Positions 48,397 to 57,492 of a stretch of 64,000 nucleotides of DNA are shown here, one piece after another. This DNA comes from Candidatus Levyibacteriota bacterium. Lineage in GTDB: Bacteria; Patescibacteriota; Microgenomatia; Levybacterales; UBA12049. How positions within the stretch are numbered: position 1 is the first letter of the stretch; each line of letters begins with the position of its first letter. The notes under the pieces were generated by a model that was not told where the DNA came from, did no database searches, and worked only from the letters and a program-made list of their open reading frames with translations. Position numbers and translations under genes: made by a program. The stretch lies in contig OY970292.1 of assembly GCA_963716145.1 (NCBI GenBank), positions 76,104 to 140,103 of the forward strand, read 5' to 3'.

Positions 48397-48723
48397 TTAG
48401 ATGATTTTTGATCCGTTGGGGACTTTGGATTTGGGCTTGAGCGGCTGAAGTTTGTCACCGGTAGCAAGAAGCATTCCTTGTGACTCTTCCCCCATAAGTT
48501 TTCGGGGTTCAAGGTTTATAACAAATATAAATTGTTTATTTATCAAGTCAGCCGGTTTGTGATGTAGCTTAATTCCTGAGAGTATATTGCGCGTTCCTTC
48601 ATCTCCAAAATTTACGGTTAATCTCAATAATTTATCTGATCCTTCTTTTTCTACACATTCCATAACGGTTCCGACACGCAAATCAAGTTTGGCAAAATCA
48701 TCAAATTGTACAATTGGTTTCAT
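48397..48723 (-). CDS. tRNA-binding domain protein (CsaA/Myf-like, EMAP-type OB fold)
   Basis: FAKLDLRVGTV...EKEGSDKLL...VNFGDE...ILSGI...INLEPRKLMGEESQGMLLA motif of the tRNA_bind domain. Confidence 0.6.
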   Translation of the reverse strand: MKPIVQFDDFAKLDLRVGTVMECVEKEGSDKLLRLTVNFGDEGTRNILSGIKLHHKPADLINKQFIFVINLEPRKLMGEESQGMLLATGDKLQPLKPKSKVPNGSKII

Positions 48724-48765
48724 TTAGATATTTTAACACAAAATTTAGAATTATGTCCTTGATTT

Positions 48766-50043
48766 TTGCTATACTATCGGTACAGCAATATGTGGCAAAA
48801 AACAAAAAATCAATATCATCTGGGGCAAGCGCTACTTGCAAATATTATTTACATGTTTCCATCCAGAAAACTTAAAATAATTGGAGTCACGGGAACAGAT
48901 GGAAAAACAACTACTGCAACCCTCATTCATCATATTTTAATAAACTCGGGACATAAAGCTTCTCTTATCACCACGGTCGGCGCCGTAATAAATGATAAAT
49001 TTTCGGATATTGGCTTTCATGTTACAACTCCCGGGCGGTTCGCGCTGCAGTCGTATCTGAAAAGATCAAAAAAACAAGGCTCTGAATATATTGTGCTTGA
49101 ACTGACTTCTCATGCGCTTGATCAATACCGTGCTTTTGGAATCCCAATTGAGGTTGGTGTTCTGACCAATGTCAGTAACGAGCATCTGGATTATCATAAA
49201 ACTTATGAAAAGTATGTGGCTGCGAAATTAAAATTGCTCAAAAAGGCAAAAATTGCAATTGTAAATAAGGACGATAAGTCGTATAAGTTTGCAAAAGTCT
49301 CTTTAAAAAATAAGAGAATAATAACTTATGGAATGAAAAAAGACGCTGATGTTAATCCGCACAATTTTCCATTCAAAACAAAATTAATTGGCAAGTTTAA
49401 TCTCTATAATTCTCTAGCTGCTATTTCAGTGCTTCAGCAAATGCACGTAGCTGAAGAAGATATAAAGAAGGGTATTTTAAGTTTTATGCTACCGGCAGGC
49501 AGACAGGAGATAATTTATGATAAAGAATTTACAGTAATTAATGATTTTGCTCATACGCCAAATTCTTTTTTAAGCGTTCTTCCTGAAATAAAGAAACTCA
49601 CCAAACGCAAGCTAATTCATGTTTTTGGAGCTGCGGGAAAAAGAGATAAATATAAAAGAGCGGAAATGGGTAAAATATCCTCGGACTATGCGGATGTTAT
49701 TATTCTCACAGCTGAAGATCCGAGAAACGAAATAATTGAGGAGATTAACAGGCAGATAATGTCGGGAATTACAGATGCCGAGTTTGGGATCGTAAATTAC
49801 GAAGCACTCAAAAATAGAGAAGTGTATCTGGACACAAAAAACAAATATGTTATCTCAATTCCTGACAGGAGAGACGCGATTAATTTTGCGATTGAAATTG
49901 TCCAAAAGGGTGATTTAGTTTTACTAACCGGCAAGGGTCATGAAAAATCTATAGACTATGGAAAAGGGGAGGAGCCATGGAATGAGAAGGAAACGGCATG
50001 GCAAGCAATTGAAAGGAATAAAGAATCAAGAATCAAGAATTAA
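48766..50043 (+). CDS. murE: Mur ligase family protein, MurE-like (P-loop GVTGTDGKTTT, DNPR-like EDPR motif) lacking the N-terminal UDP-binding domain; probable ATG start at 48790; stop codon lies inside a GAATTAA-type array
   Basis: Central and C-terminal Mur ligase domains present; P-loop only ~40 residues from the N-terminus (about 110 in E. coli MurE); TAEDPRNE motif. Confidence 0.55.
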   Translation: MLYYRYSNMWQKTKNQYHLGQALLANIIYMFPSRKLKIIGVTGTDGKTTTATLIHHILINSGHKASLITTVGAVINDKFSDIGFHVTTPGRFALQSYLKRSKKQGSEYIVLELTSHALDQYRAFGIPIEVGVLTNVSNEHLDYHKTYEKYVAAKLKLLKKAKIAIVNKDDKSYKFAKVSLKNKRIITYGMKKDADVNPHNFPFKTKLIGKFNLYNSLAAISVLQQMHVAEEDIKKGILSFMLPAGRQEIIYDKEFTVINDFAHTPNSFLSVLPEIKKLTKRKLIHVFGAAGKRDKYKRAEMGKISSDYADVIILTAEDPRNEIIEEINRQIMSGITDAEFGIVNYEALKNREVYLDTKNKYVISIPDRRDAINFAIEIVQKGDLVLLTGKGHEKSIDYGKGEEPWNEKETAWQAIERNKESRIKN

Positions 50044-50045
50044 GG
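50016..50045. repeat. GAATTAA-type array (gaataaa gaatcaa gaatcaa gaattaa gg) forming the last codons and TAA stop of the murE-like gene
   Basis: units 50016-50022, 50023-50029, 50030-50036, 50037-50043; stop TAA 50041-50043 is inside the last unit. Confidence 0.9.
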
Positions 50046-50049
50046 AAAC

Positions 50050-50697
50050 ATGAAAATTTATAAATTTAGTAAATTTAAATCAAATAATAAAATAGCTAGT
50101 GGTATTTCGACTAAAGATTTTGGATCAATGAAAAATGAAGATAATTCAATAAACGGGAAAAATCTGGAAATATTTTTGAAATCTTTAGGCTCGGGTGAGA
50201 ATGTAGTCCGCATGAGGCAAATACATAGTGGAAATGTTGAGGTGGTAACAAACAATGTAAAATCTCCAATTGAAAACACAGATGGTTTGATAACGGATAA
50301 AAAAAATGTTTCACTCTGTGTTCTAACTGCTGACTGCCTGCCGATTGTGTTTTATGATATCCAAAAACAAGTCATAGGAATTGCTCATGGAGGAAGAAAA
50401 GGACTACAATCTGGGATCATAGAAAACATTGTAGAAAAATTTAAAAATGATTTTAAAAGCGATTCAGCTGATATTATTGCTGGAGTAGGTCCGGGGATTG
50501 AGAAAAAATGCTACGAAGTTGATGGAGAACTTATAGATATTAGAAAATGGGCCAATGATTTATTACTTAAGGAGGGAATTAAGAGGGAGAATATAGAGAA
50601 TTTAGAAATATGTACAAAATGCGATTCGGAAGAGTTCTATTCCTATCGAGGAGGAGATAGCTATAATCGGTTTGCTACAGTTATAAGTTTGGTATGA
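50050..50697 (+). CDS. pgeF: Peptidoglycan editing factor PgeF/YfiH (DUF152 purine nucleoside phosphorylase/laccase-like)
   Basis: HSGNVEVV...TADCLPIVFYD...AHGGRKGL conserved His/Cys/His residues. Confidence 0.6.
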   Translation: MKIYKFSKFKSNNKIASGISTKDFGSMKNEDNSINGKNLEIFLKSLGSGENVVRMRQIHSGNVEVVTNNVKSPIENTDGLITDKKNVSLCVLTADCLPIVFYDIQKQVIGIAHGGRKGLQSGIIENIVEKFKNDFKSDSADIIAGVGPGIEKKCYEVDGELIDIRKWANDLLLKEGIKRENIENLEICTKCDSEEFYSYRGGDSYNRFATVISLV

Positions 50698-52109
50698 AAA
50701 AATTAAATGTTCATTTTGTCGGAATAAAAGGTGTCGGTATGACTCCTCTTGCGATTATTGCCAAAGAAGCAGGATTCTATGTAACAGGGTCTGATATAGG
50801 GGCTGAGTTTATTACAGATGAGGCTTTAAAAAAAGCGGGAATTAATCCTGTTGTGGGATTTTCAAAAGAAAATATTCAAAATCCAGATTTAGTAATTATA
50901 ACGGGAGCTCATGGAGGATATGATAATGTCGAAGCAAAAGAAGCACTGGAAAAAAAAATAAAAGTTATTACACAAGGCGAAGCGGTCGGTCTATTTATGA
51001 ATGGGGATATTTTTGGAAAACAATTTATTGGAGTATCTGTTGCGGGAACTCATGGAAAAACAACCACAACTGCAATGATTGCGACTATTTTTAAGGAAAA
51101 CCAGCTAGACCCTTCTTTTGTAATAGGAACAGGTGACGTTGGGTCTCTAGAGGCTCCTGGACATTTGGGAACAGGTAAATATTTCATAGCAGAAGCTGAT
51201 GAATACGCGACTGAGCCGAAATATAACAAAAAACCAAAATTGCTTTGGCAGTTTCCAAAAATTGCAATAATTACCAACATAGAATTTGATCATCCTGATA
51301 TATTTGAATCGATTGAGGAAGTAAGGAATACCTTTTTAACTTTTTATAATCAGCTGGCAAAGGATTCTGTATTGGTGGCTTGCGGGGACGATCCTGAAAT
51401 TAAAAGCCTGCTGAGTGAATATGCCGGAGCAAAGATTACATATGGATTTAATCACAGCAGTGATTATGTTCTTGAAAACGTGCGTATTAATGGTGAGCAT
51501 ATGTTTTTTAGAGTCAGCTCAAAAGACATGATTCTTTCGGACTTTATGCTCAAAGTGGTTGGGGAGCATAATGCATTAAACGCTTTGGCAGCAATAGTTG
51601 TGTCATTGGAAGCAGGCTTATCTATAGAGAAAATAAAGCAGGGACTACTTACTTTTACCGGTTCAAAAAGAAGACTTGAATTTATCGGAGATCTCATAAG
51701 TGGTGCAAAAACATATGATGATTATGCTCATCATCCGACAGAAATAAAAAAAACTCTTCAAGCTCTAAGATCACAGTATCCGAAAAAGAAAATCATTGCT
51801 ATTTTCCAGCCTCATACTTATTCCAGAACAAAAAAGTTATTCGATGAATTTATTAAATCATTTAATGCAGTTGATACTGTGGTATTAACAGAAATCTATC
51901 CTTCACTTCGGGAATTGCCAGACTTAAGTGTTTCATCAGAGCTTTTGTCAGAGAGAATGAAAAACCAGCATAAAGATGTGATTTACCAGAAGACAATTGC
52001 GGATGTGGTAAAATACATCAACGAAAAAAGGCTGCGCTCAGATGTCGTGTTAGTCACGATGGGAGCGGGAGATGTGTATAAAATTCATTCAGAATTAAAA
52101 TTTGTGTAA
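50694..52109 (+). CDS. murC: UDP-N-acetylmuramate--L-alanine ligase MurC
   Basis: HFVGIKGVGMTPLA N-term, GTHGKTTTTAMIA P-loop, C-terminal Mur ligase domain. Confidence 0.8.
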   Translation: MKKLNVHFVGIKGVGMTPLAIIAKEAGFYVTGSDIGAEFITDEALKKAGINPVVGFSKENIQNPDLVIITGAHGGYDNVEAKEALEKKIKVITQGEAVGLFMNGDIFGKQFIGVSVAGTHGKTTTTAMIATIFKENQLDPSFVIGTGDVGSLEAPGHLGTGKYFIAEADEYATEPKYNKKPKLLWQFPKIAIITNIEFDHPDIFESIEEVRNTFLTFYNQLAKDSVLVACGDDPEIKSLLSEYAGAKITYGFNHSSDYVLENVRINGEHMFFRVSSKDMILSDFMLKVVGEHNALNALAAIVVSLEAGLSIEKIKQGLLTFTGSKRRLEFIGDLISGAKTYDDYAHHPTEIKKTLQALRSQYPKKKIIAIFQPHTYSRTKKLFDEFIKSFNAVDTVVLTEIYPSLRELPDLSVSSELLSERMKNQHKDVIYQKTIADVVKYINEKRLRSDVVLVTMGAGDVYKIHSELKFV

Positions 52110-52111
52110 AT

Positions 52112-53440
52112 ATGGATAAATTTGTAATAAAAGGGGGGAAAAAATTGGAAGGGCAGGTTACTGTATCGGGTGCAAAAAACGCTGCGTTAAAAGCATTGGT
52201 TGCTGCTTGCTTGACTGATGAAAAAGTAAAAATCCATAATGTTCCCTTGATCTCCGATTTTTTCGTAATGATAGACATAATGAAAGAGCTGGGAGCAAAG
52301 GTAAAGCTTGAGGGGCATACGGTTACGGTAGAAATGAAGAAGTTTTCCGATTTTTCGATTCCACTTGATAAAGCAGTGCTCGCCCGAACTTCATCTATGT
52401 TTATTGCCCCTCTTTTGATACGTCTTCATGAGGCGATTATTCCAAATCCCGGTGGGTGCAGACTGGGAGCAAGACCAATTGATAGAACAATCGATGGAAT
52501 AAAAAAAATGAACGCCAGTATTACATACAACAGTGAGGATGGATATTTTCATGCAAAGACAAAAGGTTTAAAAGCAGTCACATACAATTTCCCCAAAAGT
52601 ACCCACACGGGAACAGAAACTATGATATTGGCAGCCGTATTGGCAGATGGTACAACGGTTTTGAATAATGCTGCTGAAGAACCGGAAATTGACAATATTA
52701 TTGAACTCCTCAACGCGATGGGCGCGCGAGTTTTGCGTACAGCAAAGCGGCAAATCACCATAATCGGAGTTGATAAGCTTCATGGCACTGAGTTCACAAT
52801 AAGTCCCGACAGAATTGAAGTTGCAACTTTTGCGATAGCAGCAATTATAACTGGTGGTGAAATTTTTGTAAAAGACGCGCAGAACGCAAATATTTCTGCA
52901 TTTTTAGAAAAATTAAAAGAAACCGGTGCAGGATACGAAATAAAAGAAAACGGAATTAGATTTTACGCGAGCAAGACTCTTAATGCAGTAGATGTTACAA
53001 CGGGAATTCACCCCGGATTTTTGACTGATTGGCAAGCACCGTGGGGAGTTCTGATGACACAGGCAAAAGGAGAATCCATAATTCATGAGACGGTTTTTGA
53101 AAATAAACTCGGTTATGTTGATGATCTTGAAAGAATGGGAGCTACGGTCAAGCTTTTTAATCCTGCTGTAAAAAATCCTGAGAAAGTTTATAATTTTAAT
53201 CTGGAAGATGATGAGCCCGATAATTTCCATGCGGTTAAAATTACTGGCCCTACAAAGCTTCACAACGCGGTCATGACAACGCTTGATATAAGAGCCGGAG
53301 CTGCAGTTGTCTTAGCTGCTCTGGTCGCAAAAGGAACATCAACTATTTTTGGGATCGAGAAACTAGACCGCGGTTATGAAGATTTTGAAAAAAGGCTAAA
53401 TGCACTTGGCGCGAATATTAAAAGAATATCCGGGGAATAA
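52112..53440 (+). CDS. murA: UDP-N-acetylglucosamine 1-carboxyvinyltransferase MurA
   Basis: MDKFVIKGGKKLEGQVTVSGAKNAALK...; catalytic Cys region NPGGCRLGARPID; 442 aa. Confidence 0.85.
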   Translation: MDKFVIKGGKKLEGQVTVSGAKNAALKALVAACLTDEKVKIHNVPLISDFFVMIDIMKELGAKVKLEGHTVTVEMKKFSDFSIPLDKAVLARTSSMFIAPLLIRLHEAIIPNPGGCRLGARPIDRTIDGIKKMNASITYNSEDGYFHAKTKGLKAVTYNFPKSTHTGTETMILAAVLADGTTVLNNAAEEPEIDNIIELLNAMGARVLRTAKRQITIIGVDKLHGTEFTISPDRIEVATFAIAAIITGGEIFVKDAQNANISAFLEKLKETGAGYEIKENGIRFYASKTLNAVDVTTGIHPGFLTDWQAPWGVLMTQAKGESIIHETVFENKLGYVDDLERMGATVKLFNPAVKNPEKVYNFNLEDDEPDNFHAVKITGPTKLHNAVMTTLDIRAGAAVVLAALVAKGTSTIFGIEKLDRGYEDFEKRLNALGANIKRISGE

Positions 53441-53442
53441 TT

Positions 53443-54195
53443 ATGCAGCAGAACAGTCATCTTGGAGCGATTATTTTAGCAGCAGGCCGGGGGAGTCGCA
53501 TGAACTCCGCTAAAACCAATAAGGTTGCTATGGTATTGGCTGATAAGCCTTTAATTCAACACAGCGTAAATCTTCTTGAAGAAATGAAGATTCAGCAAAT
53601 TATTGTGGTTGTGGGTTTTGCCAAGGATTCGGTTAAGAACGTTTTAAAAAACTCCTCAGTTGTGTTCGCGGAGCAAAAAAAGCAATTGGGTACCGCCGAT
53701 GCGCTTGGGTCTGCTCTAGCCAAACTTAATTCCTACATAACAGATATTTTGGTTATTCAAGGGGATGACTCTCATTTTTATACACAAGAAGTAATTTCCA
53801 AATTGATTGATTTGCATCGTTCTAAAAAAACGAGTATAACCTTTTTGACAATTGAATCAACAAACCAATTTGGCTTGGGGCGAATCGTTAGGGATAAAAA
53901 AGGAAAAGTTACTGCGATAGTTGAAGAAAAAGACGCATCCGAAGCAGTACGGAAAATAAAAGAAGTAAATCCCGCATGTTATATATTTAAAGTCAGTTTT
54001 CTTAAAAAATATTTGTCAAAAATTGAAAAAAGCAAGATTTCCGGTGAATATTATTTAACTAGTCTTATTGATATTGCCATAAAAAATAAAGAGGAAATGT
54101 ATACTTTTAATGCGGGTAAAATGCTTTGGAGAGGTATAAATACAAAAGAAGAATTACAAGAAGCCGAGAAGCTGCACCTCAAGTTAGTTGAATAA
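53443..54195 (+). CDS. Sugar nucleotidyltransferase resembling the GlmU N-terminal uridylyltransferase domain (no acetyltransferase LbH domain)
   Basis: GAIILAAGRGSRMNS...AEQKKQLGTADALGSA parallels GlmU LAAGKGTRM...AEQLGTGHA; 250 aa. Confidence 0.5.
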   Translation: MQQNSHLGAIILAAGRGSRMNSAKTNKVAMVLADKPLIQHSVNLLEEMKIQQIIVVVGFAKDSVKNVLKNSSVVFAEQKKQLGTADALGSALAKLNSYITDILVIQGDDSHFYTQEVISKLIDLHRSKKTSITFLTIESTNQFGLGRIVRDKKGKVTAIVEEKDASEAVRKIKEVNPACYIFKVSFLKKYLSKIEKSKISGEYYLTSLIDIAIKNKEEMYTFNAGKMLWRGINTKEELQEAEKLHLKLVE

Positions 54196-54223
54196 GTATT
54201 CATTCGTGCTATAATAAGTTTTC

Positions 54224-55228
54224 ATGGAGCGTTTATTGGGACTTATTATTTCATCATTTTTTGTAACGGCCATCCTCTTGGTACCTTTTATTGATTTCCT
54301 TTATAGAGTTAAATTGCGCCGGGTTCACCAGGCAACACGGGATATGTTCAACAAAAGGACACCGCTGTTTGATAAATTTAATTCCTGGAAAGTTGGTACT
54401 CCGTTTGGCGGAGGCCTTCTCATAGTTCTTGTTGTGACAGTTTGCACCTTTTGGGCCTATGGAATTTTTAGCACCAAATTTTTGCCATGGGAAATATTTG
54501 TTTTGTTTTTTGGATTTATAAGCTTTGGTCTACTTGGTTTTCTCGATGATTTTAAAAAATTAGTTGGGGGTAAGCAGAATTTATTTGGACTGCGTTTCAG
54601 ACACAAATTTATTATTCAGTGGATTTTGGCGCTGATTATCGCTTTTGTTTTTTATGCGCAGCTTCATTATGATTTTGTGTATATTCACGGTTTTGGCAAA
54701 TTATTTTTGGGAGTTTTTTTTGTTCCTTTTGCCGCTTTTGTAATAGTGTCATTTGTTAACGCATTTAATATAACAGATGGATTGGATGGGCTGGCATCAG
54801 GATTACTTCTTATTTGTTTGGTCGCTTTTTTGGTGATCAATTCGGCAAGTCTTGATGAGTCTCTGGGAATTTTTCTTTCTGTGCTTATTGGGAGTATTAC
54901 TGCCTTTTTGTATTTTAATATTTATAAAGCCAGATTGTGGCTTGGTGATGTAGGGTCTCTCTCTCTGGGAGCGGTACTTGCGATTACAGGACTTTTAACA
55001 GGAAGAGTTTTGGCCCTTATGATAATTGGAGGGATTTTTGTTGCGGAAGTCTCCTTTTCTCTTATTCAGCTTTTGGGAAAGAAGTTTCTCGGGCGAAAGG
55101 TTCTTTCTGCTGCGCCAATGCATCTATTTCTCCAAAATAGAGGATGGGAAGAACCAAAAATTGTTATGAGGCTATGGTTAATCGGATTCATTCTTGCTAT
55201 TTTGGGTATTTTTATTTCCTTCATTTAA
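54224..55228 (+). CDS. mraY: Phospho-N-acetylmuramoyl-pentapeptide transferase MraY
   Basis: NAFNITDGLDGLASG and DVGSLSLGA motifs; ~10 TM helices. Confidence 0.85.
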   Translation: MERLLGLIISSFFVTAILLVPFIDFLYRVKLRRVHQATRDMFNKRTPLFDKFNSWKVGTPFGGGLLIVLVVTVCTFWAYGIFSTKFLPWEIFVLFFGFISFGLLGFLDDFKKLVGGKQNLFGLRFRHKFIIQWILALIIAFVFYAQLHYDFVYIHGFGKLFLGVFFVPFAAFVIVSFVNAFNITDGLDGLASGLLLICLVAFLVINSASLDESLGIFLSVLIGSITAFLYFNIYKARLWLGDVGSLSLGAVLAITGLLTGRVLALMIIGGIFVAEVSFSLIQLLGKKFLGRKVLSAAPMHLFLQNRGWEEPKIVMRLWLIGFILAILGIFISFI

Positions 55229-55232
55229 GTTC

Positions 55233-56321
55233 ATGAAAAGACTTGATCTGCCGCTTCTTGTAATCATAGTTGTTTTAACTCTATTCGGGCTTCTTATGGT
55301 GTATGATGCTTCTTCTATTATCGCGTTTGAAGTTTTTGGCGATAAATATCACTACATCAAAGACCAGCTTGTCTGGGTGCTTCTGGGTTTTACCGCGCTT
55401 TTCATTTTTTATCACTTTGATTACCGGAAATTATATAATCTTGCGCTGCCGCTGCTTCTTGTTGCTTTGACGCTTTTAATTTTGGTATTTATGCCGTCAA
55501 TCGGGTCCTCGGCAAAAGGCGCAGCCCGCTGGATAAATATATTTTCCTTTCGGCTTCAGCCTGCTGAATTTGTAAAGCTTGCCTTGGCAATTTATTTGAG
55601 CGCATGGTTTTCTCATAAAGAAAAAGGTAGATTTCTGGCTTTTTCGCTTTTACTTGGTGCAGTGATGCTTCTCATAATGCTTCAGCCGGATTTGGAAGCC
55701 GCATCAATTATATTGGCAGAGGCGGTTATAATGTATTTTCTTTCAGGCGGAAGTGTATTTTATTTTATAGTGGGCAGTCCGGTTGTCGCGTTAGTAGGGT
55801 TTCTTCTGATAAAACTAGAGCCGTATAGAGCAGCTCGCCTAACGAGTTTTTTAACCCTTAGTCAAGGTGGGGATTTGGGGAAAGCCCTCGCGGGACCGCA
55901 GCTATATCACATAAAGCAAGCCCTAATTGCGATTGGATCTGGGGGGTTATTTGGTCTTGGAATCGGTAATTCTATTCAGAAATACGCATATCTTCCTGAG
56001 AATGTGACTGATTCAATTTTTCCGATTATTGCGGAGGAGTTTGGTTTTATCGGGTCGACGATTTTGATAATGTTATTTGCGGCCTTGGTTTGGCGCGGAT
56101 TCTCAGTAGCCGGAAGAGCTCGGGATAAATTTGGTAAGCTTCTGGCAGGCGGGATAATTTCTTTTGTGGGAATACAAATAATCATTAATCTCGGTGCCAT
56201 GACTGCACTTTTCCCGCTTACTGGCGTTCCTCTTCCCTTTATTTCTTTTGGGGGCTCGGCTTTGGTTGTAGACCTCGCGGCAATGGGAATACTCTTAAAT
56301 ATCTCCAAACAAGCTGACTAA
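55233..56321 (+). CDS. ftsW: Peptidoglycan glycosyltransferase FtsW (SEDS family)
   Basis: SEDS motifs (QPAEFVK, ...GLLMVYDASS...); ATG at 55233 five nt after mraY stop (ORF track starts 55194). Confidence 0.8.
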   Translation: MKRLDLPLLVIIVVLTLFGLLMVYDASSIIAFEVFGDKYHYIKDQLVWVLLGFTALFIFYHFDYRKLYNLALPLLLVALTLLILVFMPSIGSSAKGAARWINIFSFRLQPAEFVKLALAIYLSAWFSHKEKGRFLAFSLLLGAVMLLIMLQPDLEAASIILAEAVIMYFLSGGSVFYFIVGSPVVALVGFLLIKLEPYRAARLTSFLTLSQGGDLGKALAGPQLYHIKQALIAIGSGGLFGLGIGNSIQKYAYLPENVTDSIFPIIAEEFGFIGSTILIMLFAALVWRGFSVAGRARDKFGKLLAGGIISFVGIQIIINLGAMTALFPLTGVPLPFISFGGSALVVDLAAMGILLNISKQAD

Positions 56322-56346
56322 TCCTCAGGTTTGATATACTATAGCT

Positions 56347-57492
56347 ATGAAGCTTTTGATTGTTGCGGGAGGCGGGGGACATTTTGCACCGGCCTTGGCG
56401 GTTATTGAAAAACTCCCAAAAGATGTTGAGGTTTTGGTGGTTGGGCGAAAGTATGTGTTTGAAGGCGATCGATCGCTTTCTCTTGAATACCAAACAGCAA
56501 CAAAGCTCAATATTCCCTTCCAGTCACTTACAACAGGCAGATTGCAGCGGAAATTCACCCGCTATACAATTAATTCCCTTTTAAAAATCCCTATTGGTCT
56601 TTCTCAAGCAACAAATATTCTTGCCAAGTTTAAGCCGGATGTTGTTCTGTCATTTGGTGGGTATGTCTCAGTTCCTATCACTCTGGCCGCATCGATTCTT
56701 CGTATTCCGCTGGTTATTCATGAGCAGACCCTGGAAGCAGGAGTATCAAATAAATTGGTTTCGAAATTCGCGAAAAAGATTTGTATTTCATGGGAAGATT
56801 CAAAAAAGTTTTTTCCGCAGAAAAAAACCGTGCTGACCGGCAATCCTTTGAGAAAGGAATTTGAAATGGGTGACTTGAGAACAGATGAATTTAAAAAATC
56901 TCCATCCCCTGCTATTCGGGTTGAACCAACTATTTATGTTACCGGTGGAAGTTCCGGTTCCCACGCGATAAATGTTTTGATTGAGGGCTGTGTTGAAAAG
57001 CTCTTACAAAAGTACAATGTAATTCACCAAGTAGGGGAGGCAAGTAAATACAAAGACTTCGAAAGGCTTTCTGAATTAAGGGACAGTTTGTCACAAGAGC
57101 TAAAATCCGGATATACTTTGGTGAAATTTATTGAGCCTTCAAAAGTTGCTGATTTTTTAAACGCTTCAGACCTGGTGATTGCTCGGGCTGGAATGAATAC
57201 GGTAACTGAGCTTATCTATTTTGCAAAACCCAGTATTTTGATTCCACTCCCCTACGGACAGCATCAGGAGCAGCTAAAAAACGCTATTTTTATGAAAAAA
57301 CTTGGCTTGGCCCAAATCGCAGAGCAAAATGAGCTTACCCCGGAAAAGCTATCTATATTAATTGATCAGATGTTTGATAACATTGAGAAGTACACAGAAC
57401 ACGCAATTGACGGCAAAAAATTAATAGATAAGAAAGCAGCCGAAAAAATAATTGAGGTAGTAAAAGATGCGGCAGACACAAAGAAAAATTAA
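56347..57492 (+). CDS. murG: UDP-GlcNAc:lipid I GlcNAc transferase MurG
   Basis: LIVAGGGGHFAPALAV N-term glycine loop, GT28 C-terminal domain. Confidence 0.8.
   Translation: MKLLIVAGGGGHFAPALAVIEKLPKDVEVLVVGRKYVFEGDRSLSLEYQTATKLNIPFQSLTTGRLQRKFTRYTINSLLKIPIGLSQATNILAKFKPDVVLSFGGYVSVPITLAASILRIPLVIHEQTLEAGVSNKLVSKFAKKICISWEDSKKFFPQKKTVLTGNPLRKEFEMGDLRTDEFKKSPSPAIRVEPTIYVTGGSSGSHAINVLIEGCVEKLLQKYNVIHQVGEASKYKDFERLSELRDSLSQELKSGYTLVKFIEPSKVADFLNASDLVIARAGMNTVTELIYFAKPSILIPLPYGQHQEQLKNAIFMKKLGLAQIAEQNELTPEKLSILIDQMFDNIEKYTEHAIDGKKLIDKKAAEKIIEVVKDAADTKKN

Noticed and set aside
12889-50045. Tandem arrays as a possible CRISPR array
   Set aside because: Units are 7-8 bp with no intervening unique spacers, and the arrays are only ~30 bp long and lie inside ORFs. 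This is not CRISPR architecture, and there are no cas genes.
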